From an uncultured Acidobacteriota bacterium (GTDB lineage Bacteria; Acidobacteriota; Thermoanaerobaculia; Gp7-AA8), in NCBI GenBank assembly GCA_963822445.1, contig CAWGHO010000002.1, positions 2,469,242 through 2,533,241 of the forward strand: DNA of 64,000 nucleotides, given 5' to 3'. The notes under the pieces are model-generated. The model saw nothing but the letters and a program-made list of their open reading frames with translations. It did not search any database and was not told the DNA's origin. A program made the position numbers and the translations under genes. Below are positions 10,162-20,562 of this stretch, one piece after another (position 1 is the first letter of the stretch; each line of letters begins with the position of its first letter).

Positions 10162-11865
10162 TCATCTCATGTCCTGGGCGATGATCTGCTCGCGCGTGAA
10201 CCCCGTCGTGTTCGAGACCTGGTCGACCACGCCGATGGAGATCTTGTTCAGACCCTTTTCCATGAGCATGTCCAGCGTGTACGTGTAGTACTTGCCCTTC
10301 AGGCTCTTCATCTGCTCGGCGGTCACGCGGATCTGGTGCGATTTGCGGGCGATGTCGGACATGTCGTTGTGCTTGTTCGCCACGACCACGTACACGTCGA
10401 ACCCGCCGACAAACTCATCACCCTGCGGCAGAAGCGTCAGCGATTCCATCGGGATGATCACGTCCACCGGCACGCGGTAGTAGCCGTCGTCGGTCGGCAG
10501 GGTGCGGCCCATGCGCGCGAGGATGCGCATGTCGTTGTCCTTGGTCTGGTAGAGCAGATTCGCGACGGCGCGATCGCCCATCTCCGCGTAGACCGACTTC
10601 TCGACGAAGGTCTGGCGGTTGCGGACGACGTAGTCCTTGTTCTTGACCTTCACGTTGATGTAGCGCTGCCGGTCGACGCGCTCCGTTCCGGCGCGGTAGC
10701 CGAGGGAGTAGTACGACTCGAGATCGCGGGTGATCTTGCGGAAGGCCTCCGCGAAATTGTTCGTGTTCACCGAGGCCAGGCCGCCGGTCATGTTGGCCAT
10801 GTGCATCATCGACTCGATGGTGTTCTGCGACGCGGCATGGGTGACGGCGGTGGGAACCGGCCGGGCGTGCTCCGCCGACATCTCCGTGCCCATCGAGAGC
10901 CCGGCCGCGTGAACCGTGTAGAGGGTGATGCCGTTGGCGTTCGCGGTCTTGCCGACCTGCGTGATCAGGTTGCTGCTGTCGAAGTGCATGCCTTCGATCA
11001 TCGTCGAGCCGACGTTCGACCAGCCCTTCTCGCGCGAGATCTCATCGACCATGTAGAACATTTCGCGGCCGGGCTGCATGGGGAAGCCTTCACTGGTCAG
11101 AACCAGGATCTTCTTTCCCTCGACGCCGGCCAGCGTGGTCATCAGAGCGTTGAGCGAGGCGACGCTCTGCCGGAGATCGTGCTCGACCGAGCTCGCGTAC
11201 GCGCGGGCGGTCGCGATTGCGTCGGTGTACGACGGTGCCTCGCGAATGCGGTCCTCGACGTCACGCCGCTCGCTGCGGTTGGCGATGCCCTGGCCGGATT
11301 CGCCCGCGACGGTATCGAGGATCGACTCGATCTGTTTCGGATCGCGGGTGAACGGCACGCGTACCTTCATGCTGCGGTTGTAGGTCGCGACCATCGCTTC
11401 GTCGCCGGGGCGCATCGCCGTCTTGAGGAACTCCTTCATGTCCTTGAAGACGCGGTTCCGGTTGAACGGCGCGAGGCTGAGGTTGTCGATGTAGAAGATG
11501 ATCCGCCGCTTCATGTTGTCGGGGATGTCTTCCGAGCTCTGGGGCGCCGCCGGCTGGGCGGGCGGAACGGGCGCGTTCGGAACCGAGTCGGCGACGACGT
11601 TCTTGGCCTGGCTTCCGGCGACCTCGTAGAAGTTCGTGATCGGCTTGGGAACGTTGTTCTCGCGGATCTCGAAATCGTCTTTGGTGAGACCGGCGATCGG
11701 ATTGCCGCGGCGGTCGGTGACGACGACGTCGATGTTGATGATCCGGACGTCGATGTTCATCGAGACCGGCGGCGGAGCCGGGTCTGTCTGCGGCTGCAGT
11801 TTGCCCTGCGCGGCCATCTGAGCCGTCAGGCTGATCGCTGCAAAAAGTACGAGGGTGCGTTTCAA
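10162..11865 (-). CDS. secreted VWA domain protein (VWFA-related Acidobacterial type)
   Basis: Signal peptide; INIDVVVTDRRGNPIAGLTKDDFEIRENNVP, GKKILVLTSEGFP, TGG, YYSLGY; TTG start preceded by GGAGG. Confidence 0.88.
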   Translation of the reverse strand: MKRTLVLFAAISLTAQMAAQGKLQPQTDPAPPPVSMNIDVRIINIDVVVTDRRGNPIAGLTKDDFEIRENNVPKPITNFYEVAGSQAKNVVADSVPNAPVPPAQPAAPQSSEDIPDNMKRRIIFYIDNLSLAPFNRNRVFKDMKEFLKTAMRPGDEAMVATYNRSMKVRVPFTRDPKQIESILDTVAGESGQGIANRSERRDVEDRIREAPSYTDAIATARAYASSVEHDLRQSVASLNALMTTLAGVEGKKILVLTSEGFPMQPGREMFYMVDEISREKGWSNVGSTMIEGMHFDSSNLITQVGKTANANGITLYTVHAAGLSMGTEMSAEHARPVPTAVTHAASQNTIESMMHMANMTGGLASVNTNNFAEAFRKITRDLESYYSLGYRAGTERVDRQRYINVKVKNKDYVVRNRQTFVEKSVYAEMGDRAVANLLYQTKDNDMRILARMGRTLPTDDGYYRVPVDVIIPMESLTLLPQGDEFVGGFDVYVVVANKHNDMSDIARKSHQIRVTAEQMKSLKGKYYTYTLDMLMEKGLNKISIGVVDQVSNTTGFTREQIIAQDMR

Positions 11866-11990
11866 GGGTTGGCCTCCCGAAGGCTCAGACGAATATGTCG
11901 GGCTCCACGTTCCTCGCGGGACCCGTGGCGCGGTCCATGCGAGAATACGGAACCGCCGGGCGAAACCCCTCCGTGGATGTGAACATTCCG

Positions 11991-12899
11991 ATGCGATCCT
12001 CGCCGCAAGTCCAACCGGGCAAACAAGATCCGGTCGCCTTCTCCAAGATGGCCGGGGGCGGGAACGACTTCGTCGTGATCGACAATCGGGCCCTCAAAAT
12101 CACTGAGGCCGAGGAGCTGACGCGGCGGATCTGCACCCGGGCGCTTTCCGTGGGCGGCGACGGACTCATCCTCATCGAGAACTCGGTCCGGGCCACCTTC
12201 CGCATGCGCTACTACAACTCCGACGGCTCCCTCGGCGAGTTCTGCGGCAACGGCACCCGCTGCGCGGCGCGCTTCGCGTTCATGAACGTGATCGCCGGCA
12301 AGCAGATGACCATCGAGACCGACGCGGGGATCGTCAGCGCGGTCATCGGCGATGCCGGAACGGTCACGATCACCCTTCCACCGCCCTACGCGTTCCGGCC
12401 GGAGCGGCCGGTGAAGGTCGGGGAGACGGTCGTTCGCGGCTCCTCGATCATGGTCGGCGTGCCGCATTACGTGATCTTTCTCCTGGATGATCTTTGGAAT
12501 CAGGACATCGCCCCTTTGGGCCGCGCCATCCGCAAGCATCCCGAGATGCAGCCGCAGGGAACGAACGTGAACTTCGTGGTCGTGCGTGACGACCATTCGA
12601 TCGAAGTGCGGACCTACGAACGGGGCGTGGAAGCGGAGACGCTTTCCTGCGGATCGGGTGTCGTGGCCTCCGCGGTGACGAGCGGGCTGTTCGGGCGGGT
12701 GAAGTCGCCGGTGAATGTGCTGGTGCGCAGCGGAACGACGTACGAGGTCGCGTTCGACATGGTCAGCGGCGGCGTCGACAACGTCCGTCTGAAAGGCGAT
12801 GCCCGCCTGATTTTCAAGTCCACGCTCACGCCGGAGACGCTGGAAGGGTTCGATCCCGATTTCGTCCGCGATCCGGCGGCTGCTACGGTTACTCAGTGA
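11991..12899 (+). CDS. dapF: diaminopimelate epimerase
   Basis: FSKMAGGGNDF, NSDGS..EFCGNGTRC, GVPH, TNVNF, ERGVEAETLSCGSG. Start uncertain. Confidence 0.95.
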   Translation: MRSSPQVQPGKQDPVAFSKMAGGGNDFVVIDNRALKITEAEELTRRICTRALSVGGDGLILIENSVRATFRMRYYNSDGSLGEFCGNGTRCAARFAFMNVIAGKQMTIETDAGIVSAVIGDAGTVTITLPPPYAFRPERPVKVGETVVRGSSIMVGVPHYVIFLLDDLWNQDIAPLGRAIRKHPEMQPQGTNVNFVVVRDDHSIEVRTYERGVEAETLSCGSGVVASAVTSGLFGRVKSPVNVLVRSGTTYEVAFDMVSGGVDNVRLKGDARLIFKSTLTPETLEGFDPDFVRDPAAATVTQ

Positions 12900-13936
12900 A
12901 GAATCTGTGGTGGCTTGTTGTCGCGGCGCTCGCGGCGTACGCGTGTCAACTCGCCGTGCATCATCCGACGCCGATCGATCGCGCGCTGCCGTTCATCGCC
13001 ATCGCCGTGACGGTGCTGGCCTGGGCCACGTATCCGGTGGTGATGGTGGCGGTGCCGGTGTTGATCGTGGCGGAAATCGCGATCGCGGATGAGGGGATGC
13101 GGTTGCTGGCCTTTGGCCTGATTTGGAGTGCGGCGGCTCTGCCGCCGCTTTGGAAAGCGGCAGCAGAGCTGCCGCACTCCATCGTCATCGCCATCACGAG
13201 CATCCTCCTCCTCCGCTGGATCCCCCTGACCAACGTCCTCTGGTTCCGCGAGATCTTTCTGCTCCTCATCGCGATCGCCATCGTTTACGTCCTCGGCCGC
13301 ACGCCGTTCGCGGTGGCAGTCGCGGTGATCACCGCGCTGGTCACGCCAGCGGTGCCTTTGCGTACGCTCGCGTTGCCTTTGCTGGTGCTGCTCGTGGTCA
13401 TCGCGGCGCGAGCGTTCGGCATGCCGAAACTGAAGCTGGTCATCCCCTCGACGATCGCGCTGGGATTCGTGATGCTCTTCTTCGCCTGGAGCGGCATCGT
13501 CGCCCGCGCGTTCCCCTACTTTCTGAATCACGCCCGGGCCGAGCAGGAGCGGCAGTGGCTCGGCCTCGCGCTCGCGCCGCGGGAGTCGATCGATCTGCAG
13601 GTGCCGCACGGAGCCACGGCGTTGATCGTCTCCGGCGCGAACGTCCCGCGCTTCCGGCGCGGCGCGATCCTTGGCACGATCAATGGCGCCGCGGTCCGCA
13701 TCGGCGATGCTTCGGACTGGGGCTACATGCGCCGCGATCATTACTTCGGCGCGCGGAATCCTCTGCCTCGCGATCCGGCCGGGAAGATTCGCGATTACGG
13801 ATACGCGGCCTGGGTCGACGGCGCAGGACGCGTGGCTTTGCCGGCCGGCGCGAAGACCATTCGCGTCGTCGCTGACGCCGGATTGCCGCGCGATGCATCG
13901 CTGCAGGTCGAGGCGTTCGAGCTGATGAAGCGATGA
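12896..13936 (+). CDS. hypothetical multi-pass membrane protein with C-terminal soluble domain
   Basis: Several hydrophobic segments; 4-nt overlaps with both neighbours. Confidence 0.75.
   Translation: MKNLWWLVVAALAAYACQLAVHHPTPIDRALPFIAIAVTVLAWATYPVVMVAVPVLIVAEIAIADEGMRLLAFGLIWSAAALPPLWKAAAELPHSIVIAITSILLLRWIPLTNVLWFREIFLLLIAIAIVYVLGRTPFAVAVAVITALVTPAVPLRTLALPLLVLLVVIAARAFGMPKLKLVIPSTIALGFVMLFFAWSGIVARAFPYFLNHARAEQERQWLGLALAPRESIDLQVPHGATALIVSGANVPRFRRGAILGTINGAAVRIGDASDWGYMRRDHYFGARNPLPRDPAGKIRDYGYAAWVDGAGRVALPAGAKTIRVVADAGLPRDASLQVEAFELMKR
13124..13181. repeat. REP-like inverted doublet (28-bp arms) inside a CDS
   Basis: TGGAGTGCGGCGGCTCTGCCGCCGCTTT-GG-AAAGCGGCAGCAGAGCTGCCGCACTCCA; each arm is itself a hairpin. 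Confidence 0.9.
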
Positions 13937-15756
13937 TTGCTGCGACGATCGCCGGCCTGGCCGTTCTTCCGCTGATCGTCCTGCGCGGACGCACGCTGGC
14001 CTCGTTTTACGCGGCCGCGGGATGCATCGCGCTGTTCGCCTGGATCCTCACCCGCCGCCTCGTCGACGTCGATCCCCGCCTCGGCTTCGTCGCCTTCGCG
14101 GTGGTCATCGCCGCGGTCTTCTCGCTCTTTCTGGCGATGGGACGGGATGTGAAATGGTCCGCGAATCGCGCCGCGCTGCTGGCGGCGATCGTCTACACGC
14201 TCACCATCGGCGCGATGCTGTACACGCCGATCGATGGGGACGAGCCGTTTTATCTGCTCGTGACCGAGTCGATCGCGCGCGACTTCGATCTCGACGTTTC
14301 CAACCAGTATCGCGAGCTGGCCACGAGCGAGACGGGGCGTCCGGACCTGACGCCGCAATTCGGCGATCCGCCGGGCCGCTCGCGGCACGAGCCTTTCCTG
14401 TCGCTGCTCATGGTCCCCGGCTACGCCCTCGGCGGCCTGCACGGCGCCATCGCCACGATCGCGCTGTTCGGCGTGCTGCTCGTCCGGTCGACCGTTCGCT
14501 GGATGGAGGACGAAGGCATTTCCGATTCCGCGGCGCGGGCGGTCTTCCCGTTCTTCGCGTTCGCGCCGCCGGTTCTGTTTTACGCGACGCGCATCTGGCC
14601 GGAAGTGCCCGCGGCGTTCTGCTTCGTCGAGGTCCTGCGCGGCATGCGCAACGAGCGGACGAAACGATGGGTGCCTGCGTTGCTCGCGCTGGTGTTGTTG
14701 AAGTTGCGGTTCGTGCTGGTGGGAGTCGGATGTCTGTTACTCGCGCGCAAACGAAGAATGTTCGCGCTCATCGCCATCCCCCTGGCCATCACGTTCCTCC
14801 TCACCGGCACCTTCACCAACGTCCACACCTGGCGCGAGATCATCCCTTCCTTCGATCACGCCACCGGCTTTTTCGGCCTGGTCGCCGACGGGATGAGCGG
14901 CATCGTCTTTCAGGCGCCGTTCTACCTCCTCGGCCTTTTCGCGATCACCCGCTGGCGCTCGATGCCGCACGGGTTTCGCATGGGCATGCTCACCTCGCTC
15001 CTTTATCTCTTCTACCTGCTGCCGCGGCCGGAGTGGTTTGGCGGGTGGGCTCCGCCGCTGCGCTACGTCGTCTTCCTCATGCCCGTCCTGGCTCTCGGCG
15101 CAGCCGCGGTCTGGGATCGCGTGTCGCGCGGCGCGATCGCGATCATCGCCGTCTGGACCACCGGCCTGGTCATCCACGGCCTGACCTTTCCCTGGCGGCT
15201 TTTCCACGAGGCCAACGGCGAGAACCCGATCGGCGAATCGTTATCGCGTTTGCATCAAGCCGATTTCTCGCGTCTCTTCCCGAGCTTCATCCGCGTCAAC
15301 AACGCGGCGTGGGTCGGGGCCGTCGTGGCGATCGTGCTGATCATCGCGCTGCGGCGGTATGCCTTCGACCTGACTATTCCGATCGTGTCACTGGCCATCG
15401 CCACGGGGTTCCTCTTCGGAAGACAGCCGGGAGTGCGCGTCGACTTCGAGGATGCGCACATCGTTCGTGAAGGCGGCGATCTCTATCCGCCGATCCACAC
15501 GGTCATGCGCACGAGCTTGAGGGGCGGATGGGTGCTGGAGGCGGGAGACTCGATGTCCTTCCTCGCCCGCGATGGTGATTGGACGCTGCACTACATCACC
15601 GGACCCGGCGCGATGATCGAAGTGGCCGGCCGCGCCTATCAACTTCCGCCGACCGAAAGCTATGCAACCGTGCGTGTGCACGTTCCGGCCAGCGGACGGG
15701 TTGCGTTGCGCTGCGTATCAGGTGCTGTGAATCTGGATCACATGAAGCATGAGTGA
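13933..15756 (+). CDS. multi-pass membrane protein, putative GT-C fold glycosyltransferase
   Basis: Acidic DGDEPFY loop after N-terminal TMs, many TMs, WFGGWAPPLRY motif; sits in a GT cluster. Confidence 0.65.
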   Translation: MIAATIAGLAVLPLIVLRGRTLASFYAAAGCIALFAWILTRRLVDVDPRLGFVAFAVVIAAVFSLFLAMGRDVKWSANRAALLAAIVYTLTIGAMLYTPIDGDEPFYLLVTESIARDFDLDVSNQYRELATSETGRPDLTPQFGDPPGRSRHEPFLSLLMVPGYALGGLHGAIATIALFGVLLVRSTVRWMEDEGISDSAARAVFPFFAFAPPVLFYATRIWPEVPAAFCFVEVLRGMRNERTKRWVPALLALVLLKLRFVLVGVGCLLLARKRRMFALIAIPLAITFLLTGTFTNVHTWREIIPSFDHATGFFGLVADGMSGIVFQAPFYLLGLFAITRWRSMPHGFRMGMLTSLLYLFYLLPRPEWFGGWAPPLRYVVFLMPVLALGAAAVWDRVSRGAIAIIAVWTTGLVIHGLTFPWRLFHEANGENPIGESLSRLHQADFSRLFPSFIRVNNAAWVGAVVAIVLIIALRRYAFDLTIPIVSLAIATGFLFGRQPGVRVDFEDAHIVREGGDLYPPIHTVMRTSLRGGWVLEAGDSMSFLARDGDWTLHYITGPGAMIEVAGRAYQLPPTESYATVRVHVPASGRVALRCVSGAVNLDHMKHE

Positions 15757-16528
15757 CGTCGACGTCATCGTCCTCGACATCGACGGCGGCGCGATGCTGG
15801 CCGAGTGTCTCGCGTCGATTCACGGCGCGGCGCGGGTGATCGTGTTCGACAACGGCTCGCGCGTTCCGACCTCTCATCCTGCCGTCGAGATCCTCCGCAG
15901 CCAGACCAATCTCGGTTTCGCCCGCGGTGCGAACGAGGCCTGGCGCGCCACGACCGCGCCCTTCGTCGCGTTGATCAACAACGACGTGGTCCTCGATCGC
16001 GACTGGCTGACGGTCGTGCGCGAAGCGATGGATCGCGATGAACGGCTGGCCGCGGTGCAGACCATCATCCGCCGCCCGGACGGCCGCATCGACGGCGCCG
16101 GGATCGACATCAGCGACGGCACGTTTCGCCAGATCGGCCACGGTCAGGATGTCGGAACGGATCTCGCCGTCGCCTGGGGCGTCTCCGCAACCGCGACGCT
16201 CTATCGCCGCGCGGCCATCGGCGAGCGGCTGTTCGTCGAGCGGCTCTTCACGTACTACGAGGATGTCGAGCTCTCCGCGCGTCTTCGTCAGGAAGGCTGG
16301 CGCACCTCGGTGCTCCCGGTCGTGAAAGCAACGCATCGCGGCTCCGCGAGCGCAGGCGTCCTCGGCCGTGACGCGCTGAGGCTCCGCACGCGCAATCGCT
16401 ACCTCGTTGCCCGCATGCATCCGGGCACGGGAAGCATCCGCGCGCTGCTGTGGGAAGATGCGCGGCTCGCGCTGCGGGGGCGGACCTCGCCGCGCGGCGT
16501 GATCGAAGGTTTATGGTCCAGGTTGTAG
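15749..16528 (+). CDS. glycosyltransferase family 2
   Basis: VFDNGS, NLGFARGAN, LINND, FTYYEDVELSAR. Confidence 0.92.
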   Translation: MSDVDVIVLDIDGGAMLAECLASIHGAARVIVFDNGSRVPTSHPAVEILRSQTNLGFARGANEAWRATTAPFVALINNDVVLDRDWLTVVREAMDRDERLAAVQTIIRRPDGRIDGAGIDISDGTFRQIGHGQDVGTDLAVAWGVSATATLYRRAAIGERLFVERLFTYYEDVELSARLRQEGWRTSVLPVVKATHRGSASAGVLGRDALRLRTRNRYLVARMHPGTGSIRALLWEDARLALRGRTSPRGVIEGLWSRL

Positions 16529-17565
16529 TCCACACACCAGACGTCGTCGGCGAGCGCATGGCCGGCCCGGGGATTCGCGCGTCGCACCTTGCCGAGGAAC
16601 TGGGGCGGCATTTTCCGACGACGCTGATTGCGCATGGCTCTACTGAAGCTCGCGAAGCGCTGCAGAGCGCCGATGTGCTCATCGGCCAGCCCGCCCGCGG
16701 ATTTCGCAGGCGCCGCCGTGCGCAGAAGATGGTCTTCGACCTCTTCGATCCGAACGTCCTCGAACTGCGCGAGCTGTACGGAAGCGCACCATCCCTCCGG
16801 CAGCGCGTCCATCTCGCCGCGGAGTGGTGGAGGCTGTCGCAGGCCCTTGCCACCGCGGACCTCCTCGTCTGCGCCGCCGCTAAACAACGCGAATTCTTCG
16901 AGCGGCTGCAGTCCTGCGACGCGCCCTGGATCGAAGTGCCGTTCGGCATCGACCTGGACGAGGTCCGCGTCTGCGAAAAGCCTCGTGACAACGTCGTGGT
17001 CTGGGGTGGCGGACTGTGGGAATGGCTCGATCCGGCCACGGCCGTCGAGGCCATCGTCCGCCTGAACGACGAAGGCCTGCGCGCGAAGCTGCTCTTCCTC
17101 GGCCGCGCCCGTCCGAGCCGCACCGTGATCGACCGCCGGCGCGAGGACCGGATCGACGCCCTGCTCCGGCGGGGCCGCGGTCATGTATCGGCGAACGAGG
17201 AGTGGGTCCCCTATCGCGAGCGGCTCTCGTGGTTGCGCGCGGGCAAAGTGGCTATCATGCTCCACCGTCGTACGGAGGAGGCTGAGTACTCGATCCGCAC
17301 GCGGCTCTTCGATGCGATTGCCGCGGCCGTCCCGGTCGTGGCCACGCGCGGAGGGTTCGCCGCGGACCTCGTCGAACGCGAAGGCCTCGGCATCGTCGTA
17401 CCGCCCGAAGATGCCGAAGCGGTGTCCGCGGCGGTGCGAAAGTTACTGACGAACGACGATTACCACGCAGCGTGCGTAGAACGACTCGAGCGAATCCGGC
17501 CGCGGTTCGCGTGGGAAGTCGTGACACGCCCGCTGGTCGAAGCGATCATGCAATGGCAGAAGTGA
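16513..17565 (+). CDS. glycosyltransferase, GT-B/family 4-like
   Basis: MAGPGIR, VWGGGLWEWLDP, RTRLFDAIAAAVPVVATRGG, GLGIVVPPED. Confidence 0.85.
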   Translation: MVQVVVHTPDVVGERMAGPGIRASHLAEELGRHFPTTLIAHGSTEAREALQSADVLIGQPARGFRRRRRAQKMVFDLFDPNVLELRELYGSAPSLRQRVHLAAEWWRLSQALATADLLVCAAAKQREFFERLQSCDAPWIEVPFGIDLDEVRVCEKPRDNVVVWGGGLWEWLDPATAVEAIVRLNDEGLRAKLLFLGRARPSRTVIDRRREDRIDALLRRGRGHVSANEEWVPYRERLSWLRAGKVAIMLHRRTEEAEYSIRTRLFDAIAAAVPVVATRGGFAADLVEREGLGIVVPPEDAEAVSAAVRKLLTNDDYHAACVERLERIRPRFAWEVVTRPLVEAIMQWQK

Positions 17566-18563
17566 TGTTCGAACCGACCTTGACGATGCCTCCGGCGGCG
17601 GCCGCGCGGACGCTCGACCTTTCCATCCTCATCGTGACGTGGAACAGCGAGCGCTGGATCGATCGCTGCCTGCGCTCGATTCCCGCGGCCTGCGAAGGCC
17701 TCGAGTACGAAGTGGTCGTCCACGACAACGCGTCCGAGGACAGCACGCTGTCGATCGTCGGTGGCACCGATGCGACGGTGATCCGGTCGTCATCGAACAC
17801 CGGGTTCGCGGCTGGAACGAACCGCGCGGTAGATGTCGCGACCGGCCGCTATCTCTTTCTGCTGAATCCCGATTGCGAGCTGGAGCCGCGCGCGCTGACC
17901 CTTCTCTTCAAGTTCCTCGAATCGCATCCGAACGTCGCCGCGGCCGCGCCGCTGCTCATCGACGAGAGCGGCCATTCCCAGCGCCATTTCCAGCTGCGGC
18001 GCCTGCCGACGCTCCGGAACCTGGCCTCCGAGGTTCTGCTGCTCGACAAGGTTTTCCCGAAGAACGCGACCACCGCGCATTACCGCTATCGCGATCTCGA
18101 TCTCACCGAGCCGCGGATCATCGAGCAACCTGCCGCAGCGGCGCTCCTGCTGCGCCGCGAAGTGATGGCCGACGTCGGCGCATTCGACGAAACCTTCGCG
18201 CCGGCCTGGTTCGAAGACGTCGATTACTGCCGTCGCATGGCCGAGAAGAAGAAGGAAGTGTGGGTGGTACCGGCGGCCCGCGTGCGGCATTTCGGCGGGG
18301 CCAGTCTCGAGCACATGCGCTTCGCGCGGTTCACCGAGGTCTGGTACTCGAACATGTGGCGCTACGCGCGGAAGTGGCTGCGCCCGGGGCAGGCCGAGGC
18401 TCTGCGGTGGGTGATCATCGTGGGGATGGTGCTGCGCATCGTGGCGGGGTGCTTCGGCCTGAAGCCGAAAGGCGTCGAGCGCCGCGAGGCCTTCCGCGCG
18501 TACACGGCGGTGCTGAAGAAGGCGATGGACAGATGGCACGAGCCGTCTCGATCGTCCTCGTAA
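17553..18563 (+). CDS. glycosyltransferase family 2
   Basis: LSILIVTWNS, DNASED, NTGFAAGTN, LLNPD, WFEDVDYC. Alternative start at 17565. Confidence 0.92.
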   Translation: MAEVMFEPTLTMPPAAAARTLDLSILIVTWNSERWIDRCLRSIPAACEGLEYEVVVHDNASEDSTLSIVGGTDATVIRSSSNTGFAAGTNRAVDVATGRYLFLLNPDCELEPRALTLLFKFLESHPNVAAAAPLLIDESGHSQRHFQLRRLPTLRNLASEVLLLDKVFPKNATTAHYRYRDLDLTEPRIIEQPAAAALLLRREVMADVGAFDETFAPAWFEDVDYCRRMAEKKKEVWVVPAARVRHFGGASLEHMRFARFTEVWYSNMWRYARKWLRPGQAEALRWVIIVGMVLRIVAGCFGLKPKGVERREAFRAYTAVLKKAMDRWHEPSRSSS

Positions 18564-19435
18564 CCTGGAACAGCGGGCAGTACCTGCGCCGCTGCCTCGA
18601 AGGAATCCGGCAGCAGACGCATCGCAACGTCGAGCTGATCGTCGTCGACAACGCCTCGTCGGACGAGTCGGTCGAAGTGGCGACCATCCGCAATCACACC
18701 AATCGCGGATTCGCCGCGGCCGTGAATCAGGGCATTGCCGCGGCGAACGGCGAATTCGTGCAGCTGGTCAATCCCGATTGTTTTCTCGAGCCGGACTACA
18801 TCGAGCGCTTGCTGCACGTGTTCGACGATCCGACTGTCGGATCGGCGACGGGGAAGTTGTTGCGGGCCGACGGGAACGGCATCGACTCGATGGGGATCCG
18901 CATGACCCGCAGCGGCCGGCATCTCGACATCGACGATCCCGCGGTGCACGGCGAGGTGTTCGGTGTGAGCGGCGCGGCGGGGATGTATCGCATGTCCTTC
19001 CTGCGCGATTGCGCGATCGGCGGCGAGATCTTCGACGAGGATTTTTTCGCGTATCGCGAGGACGCCGATCTGGCGTGGCGCGGGCGGTTGTTCGGATGGA
19101 AGGCGATCTGCGAGCCGCGCGCGGTCGCCCATCATGTGCGTCGTGTGACTCCCGAAGTGCGACGCGAGTTGCCGGCGGGCATCAACATGCATTCGGTGAA
19201 GAACCGCTTCCTGCTCCGAATGAAAAATGAAGGCGCGTACCTGGCGATCCGGAATGCGCCGTTCGAGCTGTTCCGCGATCTGGTCGTGATCGGGGCCGCG
19301 CTGACCATCGAGCGCAGCTCACTTCCCGCGTTTGCATGGCTCCGGCGGAATCGCGCCCGCGTGCTGGCCAAGCGCCGCGTGATTCAGGCGCGCCGCAAAG
19401 TCAGCGATCGCGAACTGGCCAGGTGGTTCGCTTGA
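18533..19435 (+). CDS. glycosyltransferase family 2
   Basis: VSIVLVTWNS, VDNASSD, NRGFAAAVN, VNPD, FDEDFFAYREDADLAWR. Confidence 0.92.
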   Translation: MARAVSIVLVTWNSGQYLRRCLEGIRQQTHRNVELIVVDNASSDESVEVATIRNHTNRGFAAAVNQGIAAANGEFVQLVNPDCFLEPDYIERLLHVFDDPTVGSATGKLLRADGNGIDSMGIRMTRSGRHLDIDDPAVHGEVFGVSGAAGMYRMSFLRDCAIGGEIFDEDFFAYREDADLAWRGRLFGWKAICEPRAVAHHVRRVTPEVRRELPAGINMHSVKNRFLLRMKNEGAYLAIRNAPFELFRDLVVIGAALTIERSSLPAFAWLRRNRARVLAKRRVIQARRKVSDRELARWFA

Positions 19436-20511
19436 AGGTGGCCATTCTCGGCACGCGCGGCGTTCCGCCGAATTACGGCGGCTTCGAGACGTTTACGGCG
19501 GAGCTGGGGACGCGGTTGGTGCAGCGGGGTGAGGAAGTCAGTGTTTATTGTCGCGAGGAGGGTGACGCGGAGTGGAACGGCATCCACCGCATCGTCCTTC
19601 CGGCCATCGGCCACAAGTATCTCGAAACGGTCAGTCACAGCTTTCTCTCCGCGCTCGACGCGCTGAAACGCGACTTCGACGCGGTGCTGGTCTGCAACGC
19701 CGCGAACGCGTTCGTGTTGCCGCTGCTGCGCGCGGCGCGCGTTCCGGTCGCGATCAACGTCGACGGCATCGAGCGCAAACGCCGCAAGTGGAACATCCTC
19801 GGCCGCGCCGTCTACGCGACGGGCGAAGCGTTCTCGGTCAGCTTCGCCAATGCCGTCATCGCCGATGCGCACGTGATCGCCGATTACTACCGGGATCACT
19901 ACGGCATCGAGGCGGTGATGATCCCGTACGGCGCCGAGTTTCCGGCCGAGGAGGATTCGGATGTGCTGGCGCGGCTCGATCTCGAGCCTCGCAACTACAT
20001 CCTGTACGTCAGCCGCTTCGAGCCGGAGAACAATCCGCTGGAGGTCGTGCAGGTGTACGAAAAACTGAAGGACGCGCCGCCATTGGTGATGATCGGCAAA
20101 GGCCTCTACGCCTCCGACCTCGTTCGCGAGCTCGAGTCTCACGCCAGCGATCGCATCCTCTTTCCCGGCGCGATCTACGGCCGCGACTATCGAACGCTTC
20201 AGCGCAATGCCCTCGTTTACATCCAGGCGACCGAGGTGGGGGGGACGCATCCGGCGATGATCGAGGCCATGGCCTCGGGAGGGGCGGTTCTGGCGCACGA
20301 CACCCCCGAGAACCGGGAAGTGGGCGGCGACGCCGTTGGTTACTTCGAGCTCCGGCCGGAGCAAACTCTCTCAGGCACACTTCAGGAATGGCTGTCTAAC
20401 TCGTTGATACGAGAAGACTTCCGCTCGCGGGCGCGTCGACGGGCCAGCGAGCGCTATTCCTGGGAGAGGGTTGCGGACGAATACCAGAGGTTGCTTCGTA
20501 ACCTCTTCTAG
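19432..20511 (+). CDS. glycosyltransferase family 4 (DUF1972-type N-terminus)
   Basis: TTG start; VAILGTRGVPPNYGGFETF, RFEPENN, EVGGTHPAMIEAMA. Confidence 0.92.
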   Translation: MKVAILGTRGVPPNYGGFETFTAELGTRLVQRGEEVSVYCREEGDAEWNGIHRIVLPAIGHKYLETVSHSFLSALDALKRDFDAVLVCNAANAFVLPLLRAARVPVAINVDGIERKRRKWNILGRAVYATGEAFSVSFANAVIADAHVIADYYRDHYGIEAVMIPYGAEFPAEEDSDVLARLDLEPRNYILYVSRFEPENNPLEVVQVYEKLKDAPPLVMIGKGLYASDLVRELESHASDRILFPGAIYGRDYRTLQRNALVYIQATEVGGTHPAMIEAMASGGAVLAHDTPENREVGGDAVGYFELRPEQTLSGTLQEWLSNSLIREDFRSRARRRASERYSWERVADEYQRLLRNLF

Positions 20512-20562
20512 ACGTTTCGGTTGTTCGATCCGTAACATGGGCCGCGGTACCGATAGCGCGTA

